Positions 37,659 to 46,089 of a stretch of DNA of 64,000 nucleotides are shown here, one piece after another. The stretch is from IMG/VR virus record IMGVR_UViG_3300042349_000626. One strand, given 5' to 3'. Both the position numbers and the translations under genes were made by a program. Every line of letters starts with the position of its first letter. Within the stretch, counting starts at the first letter, position 1. The notes beneath the pieces were generated by a model. It searched no databases and was not told the DNA's origin. It was given only the letters and a program-made list of their open reading frames with translations. The DNA is from a virus. Its lineage: Duplodnaviria > Heunggongvirae > Uroviricota > Caudoviricetes.

Positions 37659-38034
37659 AGAAAAAGAAGTATTGGAAATTGCCAGAAAGTTTATGGATGA
37701 ACATCACGAAGCAATGGCAGAACTTGCTGAGATTGAACGTAAAGAGTTTTATCGTTTCTTTGCAGTTGATTACTGTGCCACTGGTGAAGGACGATCTATT
37801 TGGTTGAAGATTTGTCGCAACTATCAATCATATGATGGCAAAGACCGTGAGAAAGAAAAGTGGGAAAAGTTTGTTGGTCATGAATACTATCTTCAATGTT
37901 CGGAAGAACAAACTGAAGAAGAGTTCTTTAAACGCTATGACAATCTAATTCCAGAACGTGTTAGAATCATGGTTGAGAAACGTGATCAACCAATCTTTAC
38001 TTGGGAAACACATTATCATTTTAACTATTCATGA
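37648..38034 (+). CDS. hypothetical protein
   Basis: 128-aa ORF. Confidence 0.45.
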   Translation: MTDKEKEVLEIARKFMDEHHEAMAELAEIERKEFYRFFAVDYCATGEGRSIWLKICRNYQSYDGKDREKEKWEKFVGHEYYLQCSEEQTEEEFFKRYDNLIPERVRIMVEKRDQPIFTWETHYHFNYS

Positions 38035-38228
38035 CTGACAAAGAACTTCACAACCCAGACGAGTTTTTGCTTGACAATATCAAATCCTACCATTATGAGG
38101 TGATGGATGAAGGCGAGCATGTATGGATGGCATTCTATTTTGAGAATGGTAACACAGGACACTTGAATATTTTCAGGAATAATGGTAAAATCAACACTCG
38201 TTATGAGGAATGGGTCAATGACTCTTGA
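38031..38228 (+). CDS. hypothetical protein
   Basis: ORF, ATGA-coupled. Confidence 0.4.
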   Translation: MTDKELHNPDEFLLDNIKSYHYEVMDEGEHVWMAFYFENGNTGHLNIFRNNGKINTRYEEWVNDS

Positions 38229-38505
38229 GATCAACGCTAACCAACCAGCATTCTCTATCGATGTGGAAGAACTGTTTGATGTGATTACAAACATCGTAGC
38301 ACATCCACACACTGTTATCACTTTCCACGACAAACAACGAGCAGCAAAAATCTTCCTCGCTCTTCAAGATTATGTGAGTAATCACGTTCAAGGACAGGAA
38401 GGTTTTGGTCACTTTGTAATGTCAGAACCTGCCCTTGATTTTGATACCTTTGTGGAGAATAACTTCAATGAAAAAGAACTGGAACAAATTCATAGCATGG
38501 GTTGA
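38218..38505 (+). CDS. hypothetical protein (start set at ATG 38218)
   Basis: ORF overlapping the previous stop. Confidence 0.4.
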   Translation: MTLEINANQPAFSIDVEELFDVITNIVAHPHTVITFHDKQRAAKIFLALQDYVSNHVQGQEGFGHFVMSEPALDFDTFVENNFNEKELEQIHSMG

Positions 38506-38689
38506 AGATGCTTATTGGGCATGTGGCAATGTAATTCATTTTCGTACTGACATCTACGAAACTAAAATAGATTACTGTGCCTTTTGGGAAGAAATAAACT
38601 GTGGGTGGTATCAAATGTATATCTATCCATATGATGATTGGTATAATCCTACCATATCAAAAGAACGTAAACTGAGGTTAAATCAATGA
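38468..38689 (+). CDS. hypothetical protein (start uncertain)
   Basis: ORF overlapping the previous gene by 38 nt in another frame. Confidence 0.3.
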   Translation: MKKNWNKFIAWVEDAYWACGNVIHFRTDIYETKIDYCAFWEEINCGWYQMYIYPYDDWYNPTISKERKLRLNQ

Positions 38690-38871
38690 AAGTACCGACT
38701 AAATCTGAACTCGTTCACCTGAAAATTCAGGCAGCAATGAGAGAAAACATTTTTGAAGAAGATCAAATGAAATACCTTGGTATTCGTGAAGGCGAGCACT
38801 GGTATCTTGTTGGCGGAAAGCATGAAGTTCCAGTATCATGTATTGAAGATTTTGAGATGAACCACCAATGA
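38686..38871 (+). CDS. hypothetical protein
   Basis: ORF, ATGA-coupled. Confidence 0.4.
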   Translation: MKVPTKSELVHLKIQAAMRENIFEEDQMKYLGIREGEHWYLVGGKHEVPVSCIEDFEMNHQ

Positions 38872-39074
38872 CACAAAGAGCACAACAATTAATGGACGCC
38901 ATCTGGAATGAGCGTAACACATGGGCGGACAGCGAGCAAAAACTCGTTGCCGCCATTATTCGTAAGACGATGGAACATGTGAGAACCATGACAGCACAGA
39001 AGATGAACAACTTGACAGTGCTGGATAAGGGTGATATGATGACGCTATCCAAAGAAGTGGAGAATCTCCCATGA
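38868..39074 (+). CDS. hypothetical protein
   Basis: ORF, ATGA-coupled. Confidence 0.4.
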   Translation: MTQRAQQLMDAIWNERNTWADSEQKLVAAIIRKTMEHVRTMTAQKMNNLTVLDKGDMMTLSKEVENLP

Positions 39075-39340
39075 AACTGTTTGACTATTTCCATCAATAC
39101 GATTACGGTCACGAGTGGTATTTGAATGTATTTTGTACCAGAGTGTTTAATTTGTTTCAATTTAACTTAGATTGGTCTGATTGGGGCTGTAGACCCATTT
39201 TTCTTTTGAATATTTTAGGGGAAAGTTTGTTTGGGTTTAATATTTCTGTATACAGGTTTTCATTTTCTTTTGATTTCCTTGCTTATCGTCAACGTGATTT
39301 AAATTGGTATCGTGATGAACCTTCCAGCGGTCTTAAATAA
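39071..39340 (+). CDS. hypothetical protein, W/F-rich
   Basis: ORF. Confidence 0.35.
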   Translation: MKLFDYFHQYDYGHEWYLNVFCTRVFNLFQFNLDWSDWGCRPIFLLNILGESLFGFNISVYRFSFSFDFLAYRQRDLNWYRDEPSSGLK

Positions 39341-39680
39341 ATGGATTATCGGATTTAAACCGATTAAGTATACAATTTTTTGGTATTGGTATCGTCTTAT
39401 CAATCATGATAACTGGCGTATGGATGACCACCAACGATATGCTGATTTCTGGTTGAATCTCAATCATGGTTGGGATCATATGAATTATGTTCATAAATTT
39501 GAAGAATACTGGGGTAAAGGTTCTTATCCACCAGAACGTATCATAGTATCAGAAGAAACATATGATGCTTTGATTGAACGTATTAATGCTCCCCCAGATC
39601 CAAAAGTTCAAGAAAGATTTCGTGAAATATTAAACAAAAAAGCACCCTGGGACGATGACTATGAACAACCCACTACTTGA
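39312..39680 (+). CDS. hypothetical protein
   Basis: 122-aa ORF. Confidence 0.4.
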   Translation: MMNLPAVLNKWIIGFKPIKYTIFWYWYRLINHDNWRMDDHQRYADFWLNLNHGWDHMNYVHKFEEYWGKGSYPPERIIVSEETYDALIERINAPPDPKVQERFREILNKKAPWDDDYEQPTT

Positions 39681-40179
39681 TAAATTTGATGAAATATACG
39701 GAAAATCTAAGGTAGAAACTGAGAAAGAAACTAAGGAAGAACCTGTAGATAAAAGAAAAGAAATTCTTGAAGAAGCAGAAGAAGAATTTGATAGAATCAT
39801 AGGCGGTAACATCCCATTTACTATATCAAATACTCCTATTAATTCTATTTCCGCCCCAGCAAAAGGAACACTTTCTATTAACGGTGGGGGTGAACTAACA
39901 GTATTTGATGGTAGCAATAATGTTGTGATACCTACAGGAACTGTAAGTAATGGTTCTTTACACATGGATGGTAGTTGGGTGACGCCAAATACCATAACAT
40001 CTCATGTTGTCAAACACAAGATGTTTACTATGGATCCTCAAAATGAAATGGAAGAACAATTTTGTAGAGTTCTTCGTGATGTTACCGATAAAAGAGCAAT
40101 TATAACAGGATTGACTGTTAATTCTGACGGTGGCGGAAGATTAAATTACTCTATTGAAATCGCTGGGACATATCCGTAA
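39655..40179 (+). CDS. hypothetical protein (acidic N-terminus, G/T/N-rich C-terminus)
   Basis: 174-aa ORF. Confidence 0.45.
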   Translation: MTMNNPLLDKFDEIYGKSKVETEKETKEEPVDKRKEILEEAEEEFDRIIGGNIPFTISNTPINSISAPAKGTLSINGGGELTVFDGSNNVVIPTGTVSNGSLHMDGSWVTPNTITSHVVKHKMFTMDPQNEMEEQFCRVLRDVTDKRAIITGLTVNSDGGGRLNYSIEIAGTYP

Positions 40180-40192
40180 AACTTATCAGTGC

Positions 40193-40221
40193 TTGACAGA
40201 CCACGATCACCCTGTTATTTT
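40193..40221 (+). promoter_or_regulatory. candidate sigma70 promoter TTGACAGACCA...-17-TATTTT upstream of rnlA
   Basis: Same TTGACAGACCA start as the 4936 promoter. Weak -10. Confidence 0.35.
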
Positions 40222-40241
40222 AATTGAAATTAATCAAGACC

Positions 40242-41411
40242 ATGAACTACGATTTTCCTGAAATTAATCATATTGACGATGTGATTCCTCACATTGAAGA
40301 TCTCCCTGAGTTCAAGGTGATGGTCAAGGATTGGTACACTGTCATCAATTATATGGTGGCGTTTGATGAAACGTTTTCGCTTGTTCGTGAGCGTAGTCAC
40401 CACAATATGAAGATTCGTCGTGAGTGTCGTGGTCTGATCTTTGATACTGAAACTGGCAATCTTATTTCTCGCCCATACCATAAGTTTTTCAATGTTGGCG
40501 AGCGTGAAGAAACTGCTATCAACAAAGTTAATCTGTATGAACCTCATGTGGTTCTGGAGAAACTTGATGGTTCTATGATCCGTCCGATTCCTACAAAAGA
40601 AGGTTTTCGTCTTGCTACCAAAGCAGGTGTTACTGATGTAGCAATGAATGCTGAGGTGTTTATTGCTGACAAACCAGAATATGCTAAGTTTATCCGTTCC
40701 TCTATTGCTTGTGGGATGACCCCCATTTTTGAATGGGTCTCTAGAAAAAATCGTATTGTAGTTGATTACCCAGAAGATAATTTAATTCTTACTGCTGTTA
40801 GGGACAATCTAAGTGGAACTTACCTCCACCATTCAGTCATTGTTGAAACTGGCAAAAACTACAATATTCCTGTTGTAAAATCACTTGCTGGACTTGCTGT
40901 TCAAAACATTGATTTGTTTGTCAATCAGGTTCGGGAATGGGATGATGGTGAAGGTATTGTGCTACGATTTAATAGTGGGCACATGGTTAAAGTGAAAGCA
41001 GATGAGTATGTGCTTCGTCACAAATCCAAGGAGCAGATCAGTCAGGAGAAAAACGTTCTCCAGACCATCCTAAGTGACTCTGTGGACGACGTTGTGCCCC
41101 TGCTCACCCCTGACGACGCCACCCGCCTTAAAGCGTTCCAGAACGCCTTCTGGCTATCTGTAGACGATCTTGCCAGCGAGATGGCAGACATGTATAATGC
41201 TGGTAACATCATGTATCCAGAGAAAAAGGATTTCGCTACCAAGTACGTACAACGTATGATTCTACCGATTCACGCTCCTATCATGTATGCTATGAAAGGT
41301 GGTAAGGGTTCCCGTGCTACCATTATAGATATGATCAGCAAGTCGCTAACGACTCAAACTAAAATTGAACAAAATCGCTGGTTGTGGGGGCATCTGAAAT
41401 GGAATGTGTAA
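40242..41411 (+). CDS. rnlA: RNA ligase 1 (T4 RnlA-like)
   Basis: ECRGLIFDTETG..ISRPYHKFFNV, KxDG motif EKLDGSM, FEWVSRKNRIVVDY resemble T4 Rnl1 blocks. ATG 40242; the track used TTG 40224. Confidence 0.75.
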   Translation: MNYDFPEINHIDDVIPHIEDLPEFKVMVKDWYTVINYMVAFDETFSLVRERSHHNMKIRRECRGLIFDTETGNLISRPYHKFFNVGEREETAINKVNLYEPHVVLEKLDGSMIRPIPTKEGFRLATKAGVTDVAMNAEVFIADKPEYAKFIRSSIACGMTPIFEWVSRKNRIVVDYPEDNLILTAVRDNLSGTYLHHSVIVETGKNYNIPVVKSLAGLAVQNIDLFVNQVREWDDGEGIVLRFNSGHMVKVKADEYVLRHKSKEQISQEKNVLQTILSDSVDDVVPLLTPDDATRLKAFQNAFWLSVDDLASEMADMYNAGNIMYPEKKDFATKYVQRMILPIHAPIMYAMKGGKGSRATIIDMISKSLTTQTKIEQNRWLWGHLKWNV

Positions 41412-41908
41412 TGCTGTGTGGTATACCAACGTCAGGTAAATCTACCTTCGTTGAACGTCTTCTCAAGACAGATTATTGGAAAAATTGTGTAGTGCTGTCC
41501 ACAGATTACTACATTGATTACTACACCAAGAAATTTGGGAAGACATACAACGAAGTGTTTGATGAATACATTGACGAAGCAACCAAAAGCATGAACAAAT
41601 GCTTGGCACATGCTATCGAAAATGAGAAGCACATCATCTGGGATCAAACCAATCTTGGTGTGAAAGCACGAAGAAAGAAACTGAATAAACTCCCGTCACA
41701 TTGTCACAGAGGAGCAATCTATTTTGAAGTTCCTTTGGAAGAAGCAATGGAACGTAATGAACACCGTGAAGGTAAGTTCATTCCAAAAAGCATTCTTCAT
41801 AGAATGTATCACCAATTTGAAATTCCCACTGTAGCAGAAGGATTTGATTATGTCGAATGTGGAACTGAAGAAATGCTTCGTCTTCGATCTCGATGGCACT
41901 ATTTGTGA
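41411..41908 (+). CDS. pseT: polynucleotide kinase, 5'-kinase (P-loop) domain, T4 PseT-like
   Basis: MLCGIPTSGKST Walker A. TAATG overlap with the rnlA stop. Frame ends at TGA 41906 inside the Pnk linker. Confidence 0.7.
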   Translation: MLCGIPTSGKSTFVERLLKTDYWKNCVVLSTDYYIDYYTKKFGKTYNEVFDEYIDEATKSMNKCLAHAIENEKHIIWDQTNLGVKARRKKLNKLPSHCHRGAIYFEVPLEEAMERNEHREGKFIPKSILHRMYHQFEIPTVAEGFDYVECGTEEMLRLRSRWHYL

Positions 41909-42311
41909 TGTTCGTCACCGAAGACAATATGTAGCAACGAAACCCCGTAACTGGGATGCTTGGAATGCTGGTCTGGTAAATGATACACCTAATGTAGCAG
42001 TACAAAAAGTATTTCAAGCACTTCGTAATGATCAGGAAGTTGACTTGATTATTGTTTCTGGTCGCTCAGATGACTATAAAGAACAAACTATCAAGTGGTT
42101 GACTGACAACGAAATCTTCTACGATGAGATTTATATGAGAAAGTATAAGGATCATCGTGATGATGCGGTTGTCAAAAATGAGATTGCGGATGAGATTGAG
42201 AAGACACACAAAATTCTTGGTGTGTTTGATGATCGCCAGCGTGTTGTCAACATGTGGATTGAGCGTGGCATCTGGGTGTTTGATGTTGGACAAGGCAAGG
42301 GACAGTTTTGA
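41844..42311 (+). CDS. pseT: polynucleotide kinase 3'-phosphatase (HAD) domain. Probably joined to the kinase ORF by a +1 frameshift (programmed or error) near 41867-41876
   Basis: FVFDLDGT (HAD motif I), VSGR, DDRQRVVNMW resemble the T4 Pnk C-domain. No ATG near the domain start; the track starts it at TTG. Confidence 0.65.
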   Translation: MIMSNVELKKCFVFDLDGTICDVRHRRQYVATKPRNWDAWNAGLVNDTPNVAVQKVFQALRNDQEVDLIIVSGRSDDYKEQTIKWLTDNEIFYDEIYMRKYKDHRDDAVVKNEIADEIEKTHKILGVFDDRQRVVNMWIERGIWVFDVGQGKGQF

Positions 42312-42313
42312 AA

Positions 42314-42356
42314 CTGACACAAGAGGGTTGACACCCTCTTTTTTATGGTCTATACT
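42314..42356 (+). promoter_or_regulatory. composite terminator/promoter: TGACACA-AGAGGGT-[TGAC loop]-ACCCTCT-T6; TTGACA(42328)-17-TATACT(42351)
   Basis: 7-bp stem plus U-run that is also an exact -35/17/-10. Lies just after the pnk stop. Confidence 0.6.
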
Positions 42357-42379
42357 GACTTCAGTTCAAACAAAAAAAC

Positions 42380-42580
42380 ATGTCCAGTTCTTCCTCTTCC
42401 TCCAGCGGTATCGGTTTCCCTGGTCTGCTGACTGTTCTGTTTGTTGGTCTGAAACTTACTGGCCACATTACTTGGCCATGGGTGTGGGTGCTGTCGCCGT
42501 TGTGGATTAGTGCTCTTATCTTTCTTTGTGCTGTTGCCACTATCGTGATTGTTGGTGTTATTACTGGTGCTTTCAAATGA
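42380..42580 (+). CDS. small membrane protein (poly-Ser N-terminus, two TM segments)
   Basis: 66-aa hydrophobic ORF. Confidence 0.45.
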   Translation: MSSSSSSSSGIGFPGLLTVLFVGLKLTGHITWPWVWVLSPLWISALIFLCAVATIVIVGVITGAFK

Positions 42581-42756
42581 TTGAAGCAATTGAAACCGCA
42601 ATCTACGAAGGAAAAATCCTCTGTGGATTTTCTACTCGTGAAGAATGTAAAACCTTTATCAAAGAAAAATACCCAGATATTGACCCCTTTGATGTTGAGT
42701 TGAAAACTCAATATCTTACTTATAACAAACCTTATAATGGTGGAGTGCCCCGATGA
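42577..42756 (+). CDS. hypothetical protein (59 aa)
   Basis: ATGA overlap with the previous stop. Confidence 0.35.
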   Translation: MIEAIETAIYEGKILCGFSTREECKTFIKEKYPDIDPFDVELKTQYLTYNKPYNGGVPR

Positions 42757-42892
42757 GAAGTTTTTTTGAGGAATATGTTGCTATTCCACTTGGCATTCTG
42801 ATGTTGATTTTTATTGCTCCAACTGCGGTGCTTGGTGGACTGAAACTTGCCGCAACTTTAGTTGATATGACTCCTGCTTGTGAGGTGAGCAA

Positions 42893-43075
42893 ATGAAACC
42901 AAAGTATCATGTGATTCTTGAATTAGCAATCGAGCAGGGTGTTCAACGTGGTTGGCGTCTTGCTCACAAACATGTAGAAAATCCTGAAGAGCATGTAATC
43001 ATTGATCGTATCAATGATGCTGTGATGTCTGCTATTACTGATTACTTTACCTTTGAAGATTCTGATTTCGTATGA
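42893..43075 (+). CDS. hypothetical protein
   Basis: 60-aa ORF, ATGA-coupled to the ligase gene. Confidence 0.4.
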   Translation: MKPKYHVILELAIEQGVQRGWRLAHKHVENPEEHVIIDRINDAVMSAITDYFTFEDSDFV

Positions 43076-44115
43076 ACACCGTCCGTAAACTTGCTTCCAT
43101 TAAACCTATTACTTACATCAAACCCATTGAAGGTGCTGATGCTATTGAGTGTGCTATCGTGGATGGTGGTTGGCCAGTAGTGGTCAAGAAAGGTGAGTAT
43201 AAAGTTGGTGATATTGCTATCTACCTTGAGATTGATAGTTGGGTGCCTCATGAACTTGCTCCATTCCTCAGTAAGGGTCAAGAACCCCGTGAGTATAATG
43301 GTGTGAAGGGTGAACGTCTCAAAACTGTTAAACTTCGTGGTCAAGTAAGTCAGGGTCTTTTGCTGCCGATTGAACTTACTTTCTGGCGTGATATTGGCAC
43401 CGACCTTACCGAATCGCTGGGTATTCAGAAGTGGGAACCGCCCATCCCTGCTCAACTTCAGGGAACGATGAAGGGTAACTTCCCCCACTTCATTCCTAAA
43501 ACTGACCAGGAGCGTTGCCAAAACCTTCGTAAAGACATCTTTGAGGAGCACGAAGGTGAAACCTATGAAGTAACTCTCAAACTTGATGGTAGCAGCACCA
43601 CCATTTATATCAAAGATGGTGAGATTGGTGTGTGTTCTCGGAACATTGACCTTAAGGAAACTGAGGGTAATAGTTTCTGGAAAGCAGCACGGGAACAGAA
43701 CATCATTGAACCTTTGCTTGAACTGAGCAAAGAGAAAGGTGAAGAGTATGCCATTCAAGGTGAGTTGATTGGTGAGGGTATTCAGGGTAATCCCGAGAAA
43801 CTCAAAGGTCAGCGTTTCTACCTGTTTGACATCTACAGCATCACTGAAGGTCGTTATTTTGAACCATTTGAGCGTTATACCGTTCTTGACCAACTGAGGA
43901 TGCTTGGTGCTGATGTGGAGCATGTTCCTATCATTGACCAACACGTTTTTGTTACCCAACAATACGAAACCATTGACGACCTTCTTAACTTTGCCGAAGG
44001 TCCATCGCTGAACCCACAGACCAAACGTGAAGGTATCGTATTCAAATCGTGGGATAGTGATTTCACTTTCAAAGCGATTGCTAACTCGTATCTCCTAAAG
44101 CATAAAGACCGATGA
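43072..44115 (+). CDS. second ATP-dependent RNA/polynucleotide ligase (KxDG nucleotidyltransferase with N-terminal OB-like module)
   Basis: Motif I TLKLDGSS. N-terminal pattern IKPIEGADAIECAIVDGGWPVVVKKGEYKVGDIAIYLEIDS resembles DraRnl-type RNA ligases as I remember them. Confidence 0.6.
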   Translation: MNTVRKLASIKPITYIKPIEGADAIECAIVDGGWPVVVKKGEYKVGDIAIYLEIDSWVPHELAPFLSKGQEPREYNGVKGERLKTVKLRGQVSQGLLLPIELTFWRDIGTDLTESLGIQKWEPPIPAQLQGTMKGNFPHFIPKTDQERCQNLRKDIFEEHEGETYEVTLKLDGSSTTIYIKDGEIGVCSRNIDLKETEGNSFWKAAREQNIIEPLLELSKEKGEEYAIQGELIGEGIQGNPEKLKGQRFYLFDIYSITEGRYFEPFERYTVLDQLRMLGADVEHVPIIDQHVFVTQQYETIDDLLNFAEGPSLNPQTKREGIVFKSWDSDFTFKAIANSYLLKHKDR

Positions 44116-44393
44116 ATGAAGAAGAACTCCCAGTATCAAACGAATTCATTACATTTGTAAGAATTCAACTTGACCACGAACAAAAGCAACAACTCAATCG
44201 TTTCCTCAATCTCCATTATCTAGGTGATGTAAATTGTAATGAGTATGATGAGAACTTCAAACTTGTTCCCAAATACCCAGAGAAAGAAACACAAGAGTTC
44301 AAAGATGCTATGTGGAGAGCAGGTATGTGTGTAGATTATCAAGTCAAAGTAGTGTATGATGTGAATGGTGGTTGTAAATTGGAGTTGCTATGA
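44112..44393 (+). CDS. hypothetical protein
   Basis: ORF, ATGA-coupled. Confidence 0.4.
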   Translation: MNEEELPVSNEFITFVRIQLDHEQKQQLNRFLNLHYLGDVNCNEYDENFKLVPKYPEKETQEFKDAMWRAGMCVDYQVKVVYDVNGGCKLELL

Positions 44394-44659
44394 AGTTATT
44401 TCAATACGATAAAAAAGTTTGGGGTGATGGTGAAACCTCTCATACTTGGCAGTTTGTTATTCTCAAAAATCGTTCATTCCTGTGGATGAATTATGAAAAT
44501 CCTACCGCTCATCATTGGTCTTCTGGTGGATTTCATATCACACTTTCTTTTCTTGCCAGTTCTCTTTTTGGTGTAGAACTTAATAACGACAAACAATCTC
44601 TTGCTTTTGAATTTTTCACAGAATACTTTGAGGGGTGGGATGATGACTTATCGTGCTGA
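44390..44659 (+). CDS. hypothetical protein
   Basis: ORF, ATGA-coupled. Confidence 0.4.
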   Translation: MKLFQYDKKVWGDGETSHTWQFVILKNRSFLWMNYENPTAHHWSSGGFHITLSFLASSLFGVELNNDKQSLAFEFFTEYFEGWDDDLSC

Positions 44660-44840
44660 AGAAATCTGGGAAGCATTCTGTGGGGAGCTTATTGTAGCAC
44701 CCACAGAGGATATGAGACAGGCACTTGCTACTTCTATTAGAGTAATTGCCGAACGAATGTATACTGATTTGGGTGAACTACAACACCCGTCCACTGTTCT
44801 TGAAGAAATTGCTGATGAGGTGGATGAGAACTATGACTGA
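44640..44840 (+). CDS. small protein, paralog A (MMTYRAEEIWEAF..)
   Basis: Homologous to 45209-45418 (shared IWE.F..ELIV.PT.DM.QALA.SIRVI). Confidence 0.45.
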   Translation: MMTYRAEEIWEAFCGELIVAPTEDMRQALATSIRVIAERMYTDLGELQHPSTVLEEIADEVDENYD

Positions 44841-45003
44841 AAGAGCAAAAAGAATTATGAAAGCATACGAAGCAGAGGATACATACAACTTTCCAAATGA
44901 TGGAGTTGCTGCTGCTCTCCGTAAGGTTGTAGAAGAACTCAAGTATATCGGTATTACTGAAAAGAACATCCTTGAACTTGCTGATGAATTGGAGGCACTC
45001 TAA
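44833..45003 (+). CDS. hypothetical protein
   Basis: ATGACTGA overlap with the previous gene. Confidence 0.35.
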   Translation: MTERAKRIMKAYEAEDTYNFPNDGVAAALRKVVEELKYIGITEKNILELADELEAL

Positions 45004-45212
45004 TGATTTTAGATGAAGAAATCCGTGAACTTGCTAACACCTATGGGTTTGATAGACACATATGTAAAACAACACACGACATTTACTGGGAATGTGATGA
45101 AAAAGACTTCTTGAAGTTTGCCCAAAAAATCTATCAAATGGGTTATGATGATGGTTGCTACGAAACATCTTATTCTACTGGATACACTGGACTTTTTGGG
45201 GAACCACAATGA
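45003..45212 (+). CDS. hypothetical protein
   Basis: ORF. Confidence 0.4.
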   Translation: MILDEEIRELANTYGFDRHICKTTHDIYWECDEKDFLKFAQKIYQMGYDDGCYETSYSTGYTGLFGEPQ

Positions 45213-45418
45213 TGACTAACACAGCACACCAAATCTGGGAAACATTCAAAGCAGAATTGATTGTAGAACCTACAGATGATATGAAACAAGCATTAGCATC
45301 TTCTATTCGTGTGATTTCTTCTCTCATTCATAGAGATGGAGTGCTTGCAAATGAACCTTGGCTTACTCATACTGCTCAAGAACTAAATGAAATCTCTTAT
45401 GATGTGGAGGCACTATGA
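45209..45418 (+). CDS. small protein, paralog B (MMTNTAHQIWETF..)
   Basis: Paralog of 44640-44840. Confidence 0.45.
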   Translation: MMTNTAHQIWETFKAELIVEPTDDMKQALASSIRVISSLIHRDGVLANEPWLTHTAQELNEISYDVEAL

Positions 45419-45582
45419 AACTCTACCGATACAAGAAAGACGGACACCTTTATACTCTCTATGAGCAGTTAAGACCATTCTATAATCTTGTAGCAGTTCC
45501 TTATTTTCCCAATCAAGGTATTCTTGCTAAAAGTAAGAGGAGTATTTCTATGAATGACTTTATTGTGGTTGCTGAACGATGA
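45415..45582 (+). CDS. hypothetical protein (55 aa)
   Basis: Hand-translated, ATGA-coupled. Confidence 0.3.
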   Translation: MKLYRYKKDGHLYTLYEQLRPFYNLVAVPYFPNQGILAKSKRSISMNDFIVVAER

Positions 45583-45713
45583 CTGAACCAACCGACGAAC
45601 AACTTGATGAACTCTGGGATGAGATCGGGGGGTATTACAATCTTTATCCCGAAGTTAGAAATACTATTCGTGAAGCACTCAATCGTTGGGGAAATGTGGA
45701 GGCACTGGAATGA
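45579..45713 (+). CDS. hypothetical protein (44 aa)
   Basis: Hand-translated, ATGA-coupled. Confidence 0.3.
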   Translation: MTEPTDEQLDELWDEIGGYYNLYPEVRNTIREALNRWGNVEALE

Positions 45714-45913
45714 TTGAACTCCTCAAAACTCCAATAAGATATGTGATAGATACTCAAAATAAAAAAATTTCTCTTCATCGAGAGGAAGACTTTGAAGTAT
45801 TATCTTTCAATACCACTGATGAGTTTATACATGCTCTAACATCTATTCGCAAAACAAACAACATTATCTGGTATGTAATTCCACCAGGATTGATTGAGGG
45901 TCCTCACAAATGA
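45710..45913 (+). CDS. hypothetical protein
   Basis: ORF, ATGA-coupled. Confidence 0.35.
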   Translation: MIELLKTPIRYVIDTQNKKISLHREEDFEVLSFNTTDEFIHALTSIRKTNNIIWYVIPPGLIEGPHK

Positions 45914-46089
45914 ACAAAGTTAAATTCGTAACGATCGCCCGCACAATTGATCCTAAGACACGTATTCATTATCTTGATGCTGTTGATGAGAATGGATACC
46001 ACTGGTCTGCGCAAATGGAAACTGGTGTAGAGCCTTGGATTACATACAAAGAAATTTGGAAAAAAGACCCACAGCAACCTTATGACTGA
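45910..46089 (+). CDS. hypothetical protein (59 aa)
   Basis: Hand-translated, ATGA-coupled. Confidence 0.3.
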   Translation: MNKVKFVTIARTIDPKTRIHYLDAVDENGYHWSAQMETGVEPWITYKEIWKKDPQQPYD

